A stretch of 64,000 bases of DNA from NCBI GenBank assembly GCA_002269645.1, contig NIVC01000104.1:921403-985402 (forward strand), given 5' to 3'. The stretch is from Macrostomum lignano. Taxonomy: Eukaryota. This document shows, piece after piece, positions 12,366-24,852 of this stretch. The notes under the pieces are model-generated. The model was not told the origin of the DNA. It searched no databases and saw nothing but the letters and a program-made list of their open reading frames with translations. The translations under genes were made by a program, and so were the position numbers. Positions within the stretch are counted from its first letter, which is position 1. Every line of letters starts with the position of its first letter.

Positions 12366-14520
12366 TCAGCACAGCCCCGGCACCAGCTGCAGCACCACCC
12401 GGCCCTGCTGGCTGCCGCTGTTGCCGCCGGTGACGCCGCTGCAGTCGAGGCCGTCGCAGGCGGAGCCGCCGCCCCTCCGGCGTGATTCAGGCCGAGACCC
12501 GCGCCGCCTCCGCTGAAGCCGCCGCCCGCGCCAGCGGCGCCTCGACGGCCACCGCCGCTGCCGCCGGCGCCGCCGCCTCCTCCAAAGCCGCCGACGCCGG
12601 TGTTGCCGGAGCCGGCAAGGCCGCCAGTCCAGCCTTCGGCGGGACCGCCGCCGCCGTCTCCATCATCAGTGCTCAGTCTCTGATTTATTGGCCCGCCCAG
12701 CCAGCCGGCGCCGCAGCCTCCGTGGTGGCTGTTTCTTGGGTCCTGCTGGGGTCGTTGAAGCCCGGGCCTCCGTTGGTGCCACCAAAGCCGGCGTTATCAC
12801 TATAAGAAGTTGAGTCGCTTCCGTTGGAGCCTGACTGACCGGAAATGCCTGGTCGATGAAAACATTGGCAAGGAAAACCCGTAGAAGCGTCTCGAACTAA
12901 TTATAAATGCCCGGCGGGAAATTCGAGGGCCGTGTGAGCTTTCTGTGTGAGCGTGTGTAGGAGCTTATATGTAATATGTGTTTGGGAATAAGGGAATGCA
13001 CAGATGGTGGGACGATGTCGCCGAAGGCGTTGCACCAGGGTGTCCAAAGCCCACCTGCAAGCTGCAGATGTTACTTTTATTGGTTGGTCACTTTCTCATT
13101 CTGCTTCTGACACTCGATCCCTGCAGCAGGAATATCTTAAAACTTTATTTCAGTATGTTTAATTATACTTAAGTGGAGTAAGAGCGTTCATGTCACTGGC
13201 ACAGCAAATTTTCATAGATCTATCTTACATTTCATAAACAGTTTTAGTATTTTTCCTGAGTTCATTCAGTGCGTCTGGCTGTAGTGTAGAGTAGAGGTCA
13301 ATAAGTGCCGGCAAGCGATAATTCAAAGCCGTTTTCTTTGGGTTGTGTCTCGACTAAAGAGCACCTGGAGCTGCTCATGCATTCCACATTGGGAGGCCAG
13401 TTCAAAGCAATTTCACTTGCCATTTCGTCTAAGGGACGCCCCGCCGCCGCCTCCCGCGGCGACCAGAAGGCGACCGTCGGCGCCGCCGACGAACACGAAG
13501 CTGCCGCCGCCACCGCCTCCGCCGCAGTCGCCGTTGACGGCCGGTCCGCCGGCCTGACCGACCAAAACCGACAGCCGGACGCCGGCAGTCAGGTTGAAGC
13601 GGCCCGACATCGAGGCTCCGCTACCGCCAGCTGTGCCTGCGAAGCTGTTGGAGCCGCCTGCAGCGCCCGGGCCTCGATTTGGTAGCAGCCGGTCAGCTCG
13701 ACTGTCAGCTGCTGGATGGAGCCGTCGCGGCCCGAGCTCGAGTCTGGGAGTCAGTGAGGGTCAGCGGGGTCAGCTGAGTTGCTGTGAGAATGAGCTGGCA
13801 TGAGAATGAGCTGGCATGAGAGTGAGCTGGTGTGAGAATGAGCTGGCATGAGAATGAGCTGGCATGAGAATGAGCTGGCATGAGAGTGAGCAGGCGTGAG
13901 AATGAGCTGGTATGAGAATGAGCTGGCATGAGAATGAGCTGGCATGAGAATGGGCTGGCATGAGAATGAGATGGCATGAAAATGAGCTGGCATGAGAATG
14001 AGCTGGCATGAGAATGAGCTGGCATGAGAATGAGCTGGCATAAGAATTAGCTGGCATGAGAATGAGCTGGTATGAGAGTGAGTTGGCATCAGAATGCGCT
14101 GGCATAAGAATTAGCTGGCATGGGAATGAGCTGGCATGAGAATGAGCTGGCATGAGAATGAGATGGCATGAGAGTGAGCTGGCGTGAGAATGAGCTGGCA
14201 TCAGAATGAGCTGGCATGAGAATGAGAACTTGAAACTGCGCCGGCGGCACGCACTTGAGAACTTGAGAACGAGTTCTCACGCACTTGAGAACTCGTGCGT
14301 GATGTTGAGCCTCCTCGACTCGATGACGCTGTCGATGTCGACCGCCTTCCACACCTCGGCGCCGGCCTCGGATCCCAGCGACCTCCACGCGTGACTGCGC
14401 GGCGGTCCGGCAGTCCGCGAGGCGTCCTCGACGAAGAGCAGCTGGCAGACGCGGCTGGCCTGCAGCAGGCTGACTGCCGCACAGCGCCTCGACCAGCAGC
14501 TGAGCAGGCAGTCTTGGATG
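12366..14520 (-). pseudogene. Damaged paralogue (copy A) of the PAN-like + ALK/LTK glycine-rich-domain gene
   Basis: Exons of about 14520-14285, 13743-13421 and 12850-12366 are homologous to copy B. There are 1-bp deletions at about 13666, 12730 and 12473. About 95 bp of exon 2 is missing, and no signal-peptide exon was found upstream. Confidence 0.7.
13785..14226. repeat. 15-bp intronic minisatellite (TGAGAATGAGCTGGCA-type), copy A intron
   Basis: Tandem array; orthologous to 18158-18487. Confidence 0.95.
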
Positions 14521-15477
14521 GATGAGTGGCTGCGTGAGGGAGGCTGGGACTGGTGGGGCGGGTTTGGGATCAGCGGCTGCGTGAGGGAAGCTGAGACTGG
14601 CGTGGGGGGGGGGTTGGGATGAGCGGCTTCGTGAGGGAGTCTGGTACTGACTAATACATAACTTTAAATTTTCATAAATTAGATTCTTCTGATTGACTCA
14701 GTCTGCAAGATAAAAATTTCAATGCGAACTATATCATATCAGTTCAGAGCTCACCAGTCAAGATCCCGCAGGCAATGATTATAATTACTGGTAGGGCTCG
14801 CATTCTGCACCTGCTAGTTGCTATTCACAGTTTGAGCTTCTGCTTAAACTTTTCTGTCAGCAACTGGGAAAAGTTATAGCAGGCATATCGCAATTTCCTA
14901 ATCGTTCCATCATTGGATGCCGGATTCATTGGACGAAATATTTCTGGCAGTTGTTAAATTCCCAACGTTACAGTCCGGGGTACTTTTTTATAGCAAACAG
15001 TCTAAGGAAATGACTGCTGAGACGCAAGGAGGCCTCAGAATTGGAGCCTACATTCACAAATCTGTTCCCATACTTCGCACATTGTTGCAGTTCTGAATGT
15101 GCAGTATTTTCTCTCTTTGGATAAAGCATTTTTCTCAGTTTTGTGTAAATAAGAAGCGCTCTTCCCAACATTAATTAGCAGCTCCACCGATTTTTATTAG
15201 GAACACGTGTGTCTTCCCTAACATAGCATCTTCTCCAGCAATCAACGAAGACCGGAGGGGTGCTCTATCCTCCAAGCAGACGATGGAGATTACACTTCAA
15301 TAATTCTGCTTCTGTTCCTGAATCTGCTTGGGCTTCTGCTTCTCTTACTCGAGGCTTCGCGACCCTCGGGATTCTTTCTGCTCTCACAAGGTCTATGGTA
15401 TTGGTATACGGCATTGGTATATTCCCACCAGATTTACGGGGCAGAAATGTCACAGAAATCTTCAGTCTTCATTAGTA

Positions 15478-16040
15478 TCGCTTTTGACTATCGAAATGGG
15501 AATTTGGACAATCAAAACGGGACGCCATAGACATTAAAGCCACGCCACAGACTCGGGCCGCTTGGGAATACACAACCAGAATGTGGAATGAACAATCAAA
15601 ATGGGAAAAATCCATTCGCCCAATTTAATGTATTTTTATATCTCAGGGCCACTGGAATATTTAGAATTGAACAAAGTGTACCGGAAGCAAAACAAAAGTA
15701 ATTCAGAACTCCTTGAGCGTCTGGAAATAATTTTCATCGAGTTTCTCAACCAATTGAAATGGGCTGTAAATTACAGAGGGCTGTAAAATCTCAGTCCGAT
15801 TCCCGTTTTGAATCGCTTCTTTCCATATTGAATTTCCAAAGTTTTAGTCTATGGCCAAGTCTCCCTAAGTAGACTTTGCTCAAGGAGTTCTATAATTAGG
15901 AATTAGGATGCTCATTATGGAACTCCTTGACTTTGCTAAACTGCTTAAGTCCATGACTAGGGTGTGATCTGTGGCCTGGCTTGAATGTCTATGGCGTCCT
16001 GTTTTGAATGTCCAAATTTCCATTTGATTGTCAAAAGCGA
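15478..16040. mobile_element. MITE-like element with about 70-bp imperfect terminal inverted repeats
   Basis: 15478-15551 (TCGCTTTTGACTATCGAAATGGGAATTTGGACAATCAAAACGGGACGCCATAGACATT...) matches the reverse complement of 15969-16040. No TSD identified. Confidence 0.55.
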
Positions 16041-16464
16041 CAGCAAATTGGATCATAAACAAAGAGTTTATTTTTAGAACGGCTGAACTTCAAAGTAATC
16101 ACGGACTTATTAGATGCTGAGATGAAGATTTCCATTGAAGCCCAAATTCGGGATTCGACATCATCTAAAAGCCATAGACTAAAACTGCGAAAAATAAAGC
16201 TTGGAACTTGGCTAAGTGCTTCTTTTTGCGGGCATTATGGCGGCTACATCATGCTCGATTCGTGTTATAAAGAAGACGTCTGCAACTCCGTTATCACGTG
16301 ACCTCATCAGCCAACTATACTTATGACTAGAAGTTGAAGCTGCAGTTGTTAACGATCCCGACCAGCTGATGAGGCTGGCCTGTCACGGCTCCTGTTGTGG
16401 CTTCTGACAGGATTAACGCGATCAATTGGTGGAAGAGACAGTTACTCCGAGATCCGCAAGATCT

Positions 16465-16719
16465 TCAAGCAAATTTTCCAATTCTGGATTCAATGCGTAT
16501 AGCTGCATCCAACGCCAGGAGCCGGTAATCCAGTCCATCGGTAACACTAGTCTGAGTTGCCAGCAAAGAAAGATATAGAAAGCCCATCTCTTCGCGATGC
16601 AAACCTGCTGATATCACCACCAAAGTATGCAGTTCATGTCGAGCAAAGGCATGGCAATTTGCGTCGGATAAACAACGCAGAGAAATGTTGAAACACGACC
16701 CTAAATATACTTCTCTCAA
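16465..16719 (-). other. Possible degenerate PAN/apple-like exon fragment
   Basis: SCFNISLRCLSDANCHAFARH has a PAN-like Cys spacing and lies between the two paralogues. Weak support. Confidence 0.2.
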
Positions 16720-16926
16720 CTGACGAGCTGCAAATGAACCAGAAACTCTACCATAGCCTATGAAAATGATTTCATAGACTTAACAGTTATCCAATTTATA
16801 TGTGTGCCAAGAGTTTCAGTCGTATTGACTGGAGTATCCACACTCAGTTTCAGAATATTGGCTCTATAACTTGAGCGGATTCTCCTGAGAAAAGCGTACC
16901 TTCGAGCAACTTCTCAGTTCAATCAT

Positions 16927-17203
16927 ACCAACCTGAGTAAATTCTCAGTGTCAGGAGGTGGGCTCATGCTCAGTGTCAGGAGGTGGGCTCATGCCTCATG
17001 CTCAGTGTCAGGAGGTGGCATGTCAGTGTCAGGAGATGGGCTCATGCTCAGTGTCAGGAGGTGGCATGTCAGTGTCAGGAGGTGGCATGTCAGTGTCAGG
17101 AGGTGGCATGTCAGTGTCAGGAGGTGGCATGTCAGTGTCAGGAGGTGGCATGTCAGTGTCAGGAGGTGGCATGTCAGTGTCAGGAGGTGGCATGTCAGTG
17201 TCA
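16927..17203. repeat. 21-bp minisatellite (GTCAGTGTCAGGAGGTGGCAT), about 13 copies
   Basis: Tandem array directly 3' of the copy B stop codon. Confidence 0.95.
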
Positions 17204-17216
17204 TGAACTGCCTGCC

Positions 17217-19157
17217 TCAGCACAGCCCCGGCACCAGCTGCACCACCACCCGGCCCTGCTGGCTGCCGCTGTTGCCGCCAGTGACGCCGCTGCAGTCGAA
17301 GCCGTCGCAGAAGGAGCCGCCGCCCCCTCCTGCGTGGTTCTGGCCGGTACCTGCGCCACCTCCGCTAAAGCCGCCGCCCGCGCCGCCCGCGCCAATCAGG
17401 CCCTCACCGCTGCCGCCGGCGCCGCCGCCTCCGCCGAAGCCGCCCAAGCCGGTGTTTCCCAGGCCAGCGAGGCCGCCGACCCAGCCTTCGGCAGAGCTGC
17501 CGCCGCCGTCTCCGTCATTGGCGCTGCGCCGAGCGTTGACCGGCTTGCCCAGCCAGCCGGCGCCGCAGCCACCGTGATTAACCAACCGGAAGGTTTTCTG
17601 CGGCCTGTTGGAGCCGGGATTTCCGTTGGCACCGCCGATGCCCACAGCCACGGCGGCGGCTGTGGAGTCCGTGCCATTGGGGCCCTGCTGCCCGGCGACT
17701 CCTGAAGAGCGACATTTGCCAGTTCCTCATTTACAAGCCAACTGCAGTGCGCCTACCTGTGGCATCGATCAGCATTGAGGAACCGTTCGCACCTGACTGG
17801 CTGTAGGACGCCCCGCCGCCGCCTCCCGCGGCGACCAGAAGGTGACCGCCGGCGCCGCCGACGAACACGAAGCTGCCGCCGCCGCCGCCTCCGCCGCAGT
17901 CGACGTTGACGGCCGGTCCGCCGGCCTGACCGACCAAAATCGACAGCCGGACGCCGGCAGTCAGGTTGAAGCGGCCTGACATCGAGGCTCCGCTGCCGCC
18001 AGCTGTGCCTGCGAAGCTGTTGGAGCCGCCTGCAGCGCCCCGGGCCTCGATTCGGTAGCAGCCGGTCAGCTCGACTGTCAGCTGCTGGATGGAGCCGTTG
18101 CGGCCCGAGCTCGAGTCTGGGAGTCAGTGGGGGTCAGTGGGGTCAACTGAGTTGCTGTGAGAATGAGCTGGTATGAGAATGAGCTGGCGTGAGAATGAGC
18201 TGGCATGAGAATGAGATGGCATGGGAGTGAGCTGGCATGAGAATGAGCTGGCATGAGAATGAGCTGGCATGGGAGTGAGCTGGCATGAGAGTAAGCTGGT
18301 ATGAGAATGAGCTGGCATGAGAATGAGCTGGCATGAGAATGAGCTGGCATGAGAATGAGCTGGCATGAGAATGAGCTGGCATGAGAATGAGCTGGCATGA
18401 GAATGATCTGGCATGAGAATGAGCTGGCTTGAGAATGAGATGGCATGAGAATGAGATGGCATGAGAATGAGATGGCATGAGAATGAGAAATTGGGACTGG
18501 TCTCACTTGAGAACTCTTTCGTGATGTTGAGCCTTCTCGAGTCGATGACGCTGTCGATGTCGACCGCCTTCCACACCTCGGCGCCGGCCTCGGATCCCAG
18601 CGACCTCCACGCGTGTCTGCCCGGCGGTCCGGCAGTCCGCGAGGCGTCCTCGACGAAGAGCAGCTGGCAGACGCGGCTGGCCCGCAGCAGGCTGACTGCC
18701 GCACAGCGCCTCGACCAGCAGCTGAGCAGGCAGTCTTGGATGGAGGCTGAGCTGGGCTCGCTGATGATGAGGCTGCTGACGGTCGGGTCGAGCAGGACTG
18801 GGCCGGAGGAGTTGATGAAGCGGCTGCAGCTGGCGAGCGCCTGTGTGAGGGAGGCTGGGACTGGCGGGGCGGGTTTGGGATGAGCGGCTGCGTGAGGGAG
18901 GCTGGGACCGGCGGGGCGGGTTTAGGATGAGCGGCTGCGTGAGGGAGGCTGGGACTGGTGGGGCGGGTTTGGGATGAGCGCCTGCGTGAGGGAGGCTGGG
19001 ACTGGCGGGGCGGGTATGGGATGAGCGGCTGCGTGAGGGAGGCTGGGACTGGCGGGGCGGGTTTAGGATGAGCGGATGCAGGTGGCGACTTAGCAACAGA
19101 GCTTTTCAGCTTACCTATCGTCAGCAGGCAGAAACAGGCAAGAGTTATTGGTGCCAT
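17217..19157 (-). CDS. Secreted protein: signal peptide + PAN/apple-like domain + ALK/LTK-type glycine-rich domain, 401 aa (copy B); exons 19157-19115, 18860-18507, 18116-17793, 17701-17217
   Basis: All three introns are GT-AG phase 1 and the total is 1206 nt, in frame. N-terminus MAPITLACFCLLTIVPASLTQA; PAN-like DCLLSCWSRRCAAVSLLRASRVCQL; glycine-rich-domain motifs QQLTVELTGCYRIEARGAAGG, LSILVGQAG, GGGGGSFVF, LLVAAGGGG and GGFGGGGG...GGGFSGGG. No transmembrane or kinase domain. Confidence 0.85.
18158..18487. repeat. 15-bp intronic minisatellite, copy B intron 2
   Basis: Same unit as 13785-14226. Confidence 0.95.
18841..19076. repeat. 47-bp GC-rich tandem repeat (5 copies) overlapping the intron 1 acceptor of copy B
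   Basis: Unit CTGCGTGAGGGAGGCTGGGACTGGCGGGGCGGGTTTGGGATGAGCGG; about 2.5 copies also at 14521-14640. Confidence 0.9.
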
Positions 19158-20271
19158 TTTGATTTACAAGATCTTAAATATTTTTCTTAAAAAGCGACTC
19201 TTTCCGAAGTAATCCTAGCAACTAAGCTGTTTGATGGAGACCATTATAAATTCAGTGTTATAATTTTTTCGGCCAAGCCCAAGACTAATCTTCTCAAAGA
19301 GACCCCTGACTTTTATGGTGATGCCTCTGTTGTGGGGAAAACTAAGTTTCACCCCTCATCACATGCTAAAACAGAAGTTGTATACAGATAATTACTTTTA
19401 ACTTAATTGGCCTTTTCTGAGAGCCTGGGACAGCCCCGCCTGCCGATAGGTAAAATGCGAATTTTCATTTAGCGCTTACTTGGGATCGCTGAGAGGCTTT
19501 GAGGGATTCGATGCATTGGCAAGAGGCTGTATCTGTGACAGTTGGGCAATTCGGTTGCCATGGCAACTGCCTACTGAGCACTCAGCGTAGGTTATTGTCT
19601 CAGCTGGTCATATAAGGTATCGAGGTGTTGAGCAGAAGAGTAAAAAGTTAGTTTGATTAATCTTTTTTATTTACTCTGCAAATTTGTAGACTGATAGACA
19701 AACAGAGAGAGAGAAAGAAAGAAAGACGCTAGCGAAGGCGTATTCAGCCCACCAGTGAAGTATGAGACAGGCCAGGTCTATGGGCTACGGTCTGCGATCG
19801 CTTCACGCCTGCCCCTATCTTCAGCAGGTGGGGGCCGGTATGAGGTCTGCACCACCAGCACTATTAATACTTAAGGCGATTTTTAGAGCTGGGTTTTTAG
19901 ATGTTTTTTTCGCAAAAAAACAAATTATACTGACACATATACAGACACTGTCACTATACTACTGACAAGAAATATGCAAGTAGCGTGGTAATTTCTATTT
20001 GTACTTCCAGATGTACATCTCTCAATATACTAAAACTGACGCGATGCTTCAGAGGCGCGCGGGCTGTACAATATCACTCTCTCCAAGCAATGGGGTGGTA
20101 GTGGTTGCGTCATCCCCCAAGTTCGACCCTCCAGACTGTATGAAGGCAATGCTTTCTATTTCTATTGAAAGTGTAGATGATAAAAGACGCCATGTCGCGC
20201 TTTAGGTGAATGAGGACTTAAATATGCGGACTTCACTACTTCATGGGTAAAAGTGTCAAGTTTGGCAATAC

Positions 20272-23200
20272 TGAAGCGGCTTGCGAGCGGTAGCTAGTTG
20301 AAAAGTAGCAAGCAAGCAAAAACAGTTTTCCGAGTACATCTGTTAGGGGCATATGAGCGTAGTTCTTTGTATTCTTTATACGTAGTTCTTGGTCGCAAAA
20401 CCGGCGTCGGGACTGGGTCTTCCGCGTCGATGACGACTGGCTTCAGCCTCTCGACTGACACCTGGTCGCTGCGAGTGCCCAGGTCCAGCAGGAAAGCTTC
20501 ATGGCGTCCCGCTCGAGGACCTTGAACCGGCCGTCGTAAGGTCGCTGCAGTGGAGGGCGGTGGCCGTCGCGCCGGATTAAGACGAACTGGCAGGCGTCGA
20601 GGGCAGCGGGCCAGGCTGTGGGGCGGCTGCCGTGACGGGACGTCAGCGTCGGCTGGAATGCCTGGACGGCACCGCGGAGCCGGGCGGGGAACTGGTCGTG
20701 GTCGCCGGGCGGCGGGCTGGGCTGCAGGCACTCGCCGGGCACGCAGAGGGGCGCACCGTAGACCAGCTCGGCCGACGAGGCCGGCAGGTCCTCCTTAGGG
20801 GCTGCCCGGATGCCGAGCAGCACCCAGGGCAGCTCGCTGACCCAGGCTGGTCCGGTCAGCCGCGCCATGAGGCACGGCTGCCGGTGGAAACGCTCGACCA
20901 GCCCATTCGCCTGCGGATGGAAAGCCATGGTCCGGTGCAGCTGCATGCCGAACAACCGGGAGACGTTGGACCACAGCTGCGACGTGAACTGCGAGCCGCG
21001 GTCCGAGGTGATATCGCTCGGCACGCCGAGCGTGGCGATCCAATGGGCGATGAAGGCGGAGGCGCATGCGGCCGCGGAGGTGTCGGTCATCGGTATCGCC
21101 TCGGGCCACCTGGTGAAACGGTCCTTGATGGTCAGCAGATGCGTGAACCTTGCGAAGGCAGCAGCGGCCCCACCAGGTTGACGTGCACCTGGGCGAAGCG
21201 CTGGTCCGGGACGCGGATATTGTCAACCGGGGCGGAGACGTGCCGCTGCACCGTGGCCGTCTGACAAGCGACGCAGGACCGGGCCCACTGGCTGACGTCC
21301 TTGTTCATGCCGGCCCCCCCCCCCACGAACTTGGCGGCCACGAGGCGCCGCGTGCTGCGGATGGACGGGTGGGCGAGGCCGTATGTGGCGTCGAAGACGT
21401 TGCGGCGGAAATCCGGTGGCACTAACGGGCGCGACCGGCCCGTGGAGATGTCGCAGAGCAGGTCGACACCGGGGCTGAACTGCAGCGGGCTCTAGTTGTA
21501 TGCTGGCGTCGGCCTGACTGGCCGTATCGGCCGCCTGCGCCTGCGCCATTGCCGCAAAATCCACTGCAGCAAAGAAACCGTGCAGCGAAACAGCGCGTCT
21601 GCGACCGAGTTGTCCTTGCCCGCCACGCGCTGGATGTCCGTGGTGAACTTGGACACGTAGGCCAGGTGGCGCTGCTGCCGGGCGGACGTCGGACATCTTG
21701 GACATGGCGGTGACCAGTGGCTTGTAGTCCGTGAAAGCAGCGAATGTGCGGCCCTCGAGGAAATAGCGAACCGCCGCCAGGTACAAGGCGAGCAGCTCGT
21801 GGTCGAACGCGCTGTACTTCTGCTCGGGCCGGAGGAGCTGCCGGCTGAAGAAGGCAAACGGCTGTCAGGCGCCGCCAACCCGCTGCTCGAGCGCCGCACG
21901 GACTGCGGTATCGGAGGCATCGTATGGCCGCGGGTGCGCCAGCATGGCGGCAGAGGCCAGCGCCCGCTTCGCTCCGTCGAAAGTGGCGGTCAGCTCAGGC
22001 GTCCACCGGACGAACTTCTTGCCGGCCATGGCCGCATGGATGGGGCGCAGCAGCTGGGCGGCGCGCGGAACGAAGCGGTGGTAGAAATTCACCATGCCGG
22101 CGAACTCCTGCAGGCCCTTTAGCGTGCCGCTGGCGACTTTAGCGGGCAGCGGCACGGCCCCTTGGGCGCTGATCCGGTGGCCGAGGAAGTCGATCTCGCT
22201 GCGGCCGAACCCGCACTTTGCCGGATTGACGATAAGGCCGTTGTCGGCCAGGCGCTGGAACAGCGTCCACAGGTGCTCCAGGTGCTGCTGCGGGCTGCGG
22301 CTGGCGACCAGGAAGTCGTCGATGTAGTCGAAAACGAAGTCCAGGTCTTGGCAGACGGAGTACACCAGCCGCTGGAAGGCCTGGGCGGCGTTCTTGAGGC
22401 CGAACAGCATTCGCAGGAACTCGAGAAGAGGCCAAACGGGGTGGTGACTGCGGTCTTGGCACGTCAACTGTGGCCACGGGCACCTGGTGGTAGCCGCGGA
22501 CCAGGTCGATCTTGGAGAAGATCGAGCAGCCGGCCAGGCGCGCTGAGAAGTCCTGGATGTGCGGCACCGGGTAGTGGTCGGGCACCATGGCATCGTTGAG
22601 CCGCCTGAAGTCGCCGCAGGGCCGCCAGAGGCCTTTGGCACCATATGCAACGGCGAGGACCACGGGCTGTTGGACCGGCGCACGATGCCGAGCTGCTCCA
22701 GGAGCCGGAACTCCTCCTTGGCCACCGCCAGCTTGTCCGGCGGGCCCTGCGTCGGGATTTGGTGCTCCAACACGTGTCGTGGCGCAGCCCGCTGGAAACT
22801 GGGCTCGGTGAGGGCGGGGAACTCGGCCAGCAGCTGGTTGTATGGGTCCGCAGCGGCGGCTGCGGCGAGCTGCAGTCCGGGCCCCGCGCCGTCCAGCAGG
22901 TGCACGCTGGCGAGCGAGCGGGCGTCCAGGTGGCGTCGGTGCGACAGGTCCACCAGCAGGCGGTGGTGCCGCAGGAAGTCGGTCAGCCGGCCGGCTGTCC
23001 CAGAGCTTGTCCGCCTGCTGCGCTGCTGCCCGGGGGTCCGCGAAACTGACGGTTGTCATGGCCATGCGTACCTCCGGTGGCAGCTGTTGGCGGAACAGTT
23101 CCTCGAACAGCAGGCAGGGGCGGTGGTTCCCCAGCAGGGCGAGCATCTCGTCTATCAACTCGGACGGCCGCCGGTCGCCAAGGCCGGACATGCTGAGCAG

Positions 23201-23620
23201 GCGGCTGGCCCGCTGCTGAGGAGTCAAATCGAACGTGCTATTGAGGCGCTCCTTTAGCTGAGCTTCTTTACTTGTTCGCCTCTGGAGGAGCCTCGAGCAC
23301 ATCGAGGAGGCGCTCTGCTGTCTGCTGGTCAAGAGCTGCGACCAGATGGGCGTACTTGGTCTTGTCCTGAGTGATGCCTCTCTGGGTAAACTGAGCCTCG
23401 GCTTGGATAAAGCAGGCTCGAGGCTGGGCCGCCCAAAACGTGGGCAACTACGGGGACACAGCAGAGTCGATTTGTGGGGCCATTGCACGAAATGGCTGCG
23501 TCGGACTCACCAATGAAGCGGCTTGCGAGTGGTAGCTAGTTGAAAAGTAGCAAGCGAGCAAAAACAGTTTTCCGAGTATATTTGTTAGGGGCATACGAGC
23601 GTAGTTCTTTATACGCGACA
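20272..23620 (-). mobile_element. Decayed Ty3/Gypsy LTR retrotransposon
   Basis: Short LTR-like direct repeats at 20272-about 20385 and 23514-23620, and a PBS-like TGGTGAGTCCGAC. Gag LPTFWAAQP...AEAQFTQRGIT, RT YIDD, RNase H DASD...ELLALY, integrase H..H..C..C, SDRGSQF and HPQANGLVERFHR. Many frameshifts; protease active site and PPT are missing; no TSD found. Confidence 0.9.
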
Positions 23621-24379
23621 AAGAATAGGGAGGTGCGAGTCAACTATCGAGAGGGTTTTTGTTAAATTAGGCTCATTATAATTGGTCTGTGCTGTTAAAA
23701 GATCCGCTTGCAGAATGTAGATTGGAAATGGACGGTAAGAATTCGTTAACTGTTAGAAATGGAAATGTTTGGTCAGAGATAACAGGGAAATTATGTGAAT
23801 ACGAGTCTGCTGACCATTGGATAGCCGTGCTAGTGTCTAATGCCTAAGGTGTTTGACCTAGCCGATGGGCTGGAGGGCCGGGGAGTAGTCTGGTCGCTAG
23901 CGGCCCCCCTCCTGATGTCGGGCCAGCCTTTAGGGTTATTTTGGCCTACTGCCCGCCCGGTCAGGTGGAGCGGCAAAGAGGGTACTGCGCCCCTTCGAGG
24001 GTAGCCCACCAACATTTATCATGGCCTTCGAACCGACTATGGATAAAAAAGCTTTACCTAGGGACGGGGACCTTTCTAAACCCCAACCTCAGTCCGAAGG
24101 ATCGGCCGGCTGTGCTGGCATATCCAACGGGAGCCATCGAAACCAAGGTGCGGGGGCCAAAGCGGCGGCGCCCATCAAGGGTGTTGAAGCAACCGGCTCC
24201 TCAAAGCAAACAGACGGGACGACCGGTGGAGGCTCCAGCAGTTCAGCGGCGGTGCTCTCTGGAGATGCTGCTGCGACTGCTGAGGCTGAAACCACGGCGC
24301 GGCAAATGACCACGACCAACAAAGAGATTCCTTCTCGAGCTACCTTTGCCGCAAAGGCCAGAATCTAGAAGACCAGGAC

Positions 24380-24852
<473 letters not shown>

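Noticed and set aside
18078-19157. 359-aa ORF starting at the signal-peptide ATG as an unspliced protein
   Set aside because: It reads through introns and leaves the conserved frame; the spliced 401-aa model explains the domains.
23830-24368. GC-rich region and 115-aa ORF as a LINE 5' end, ORF1 or HDV-like ribozyme
   Set aside because: No recognisable domain, and I could not build the nested double pseudoknot; a covariance-model search would be needed.
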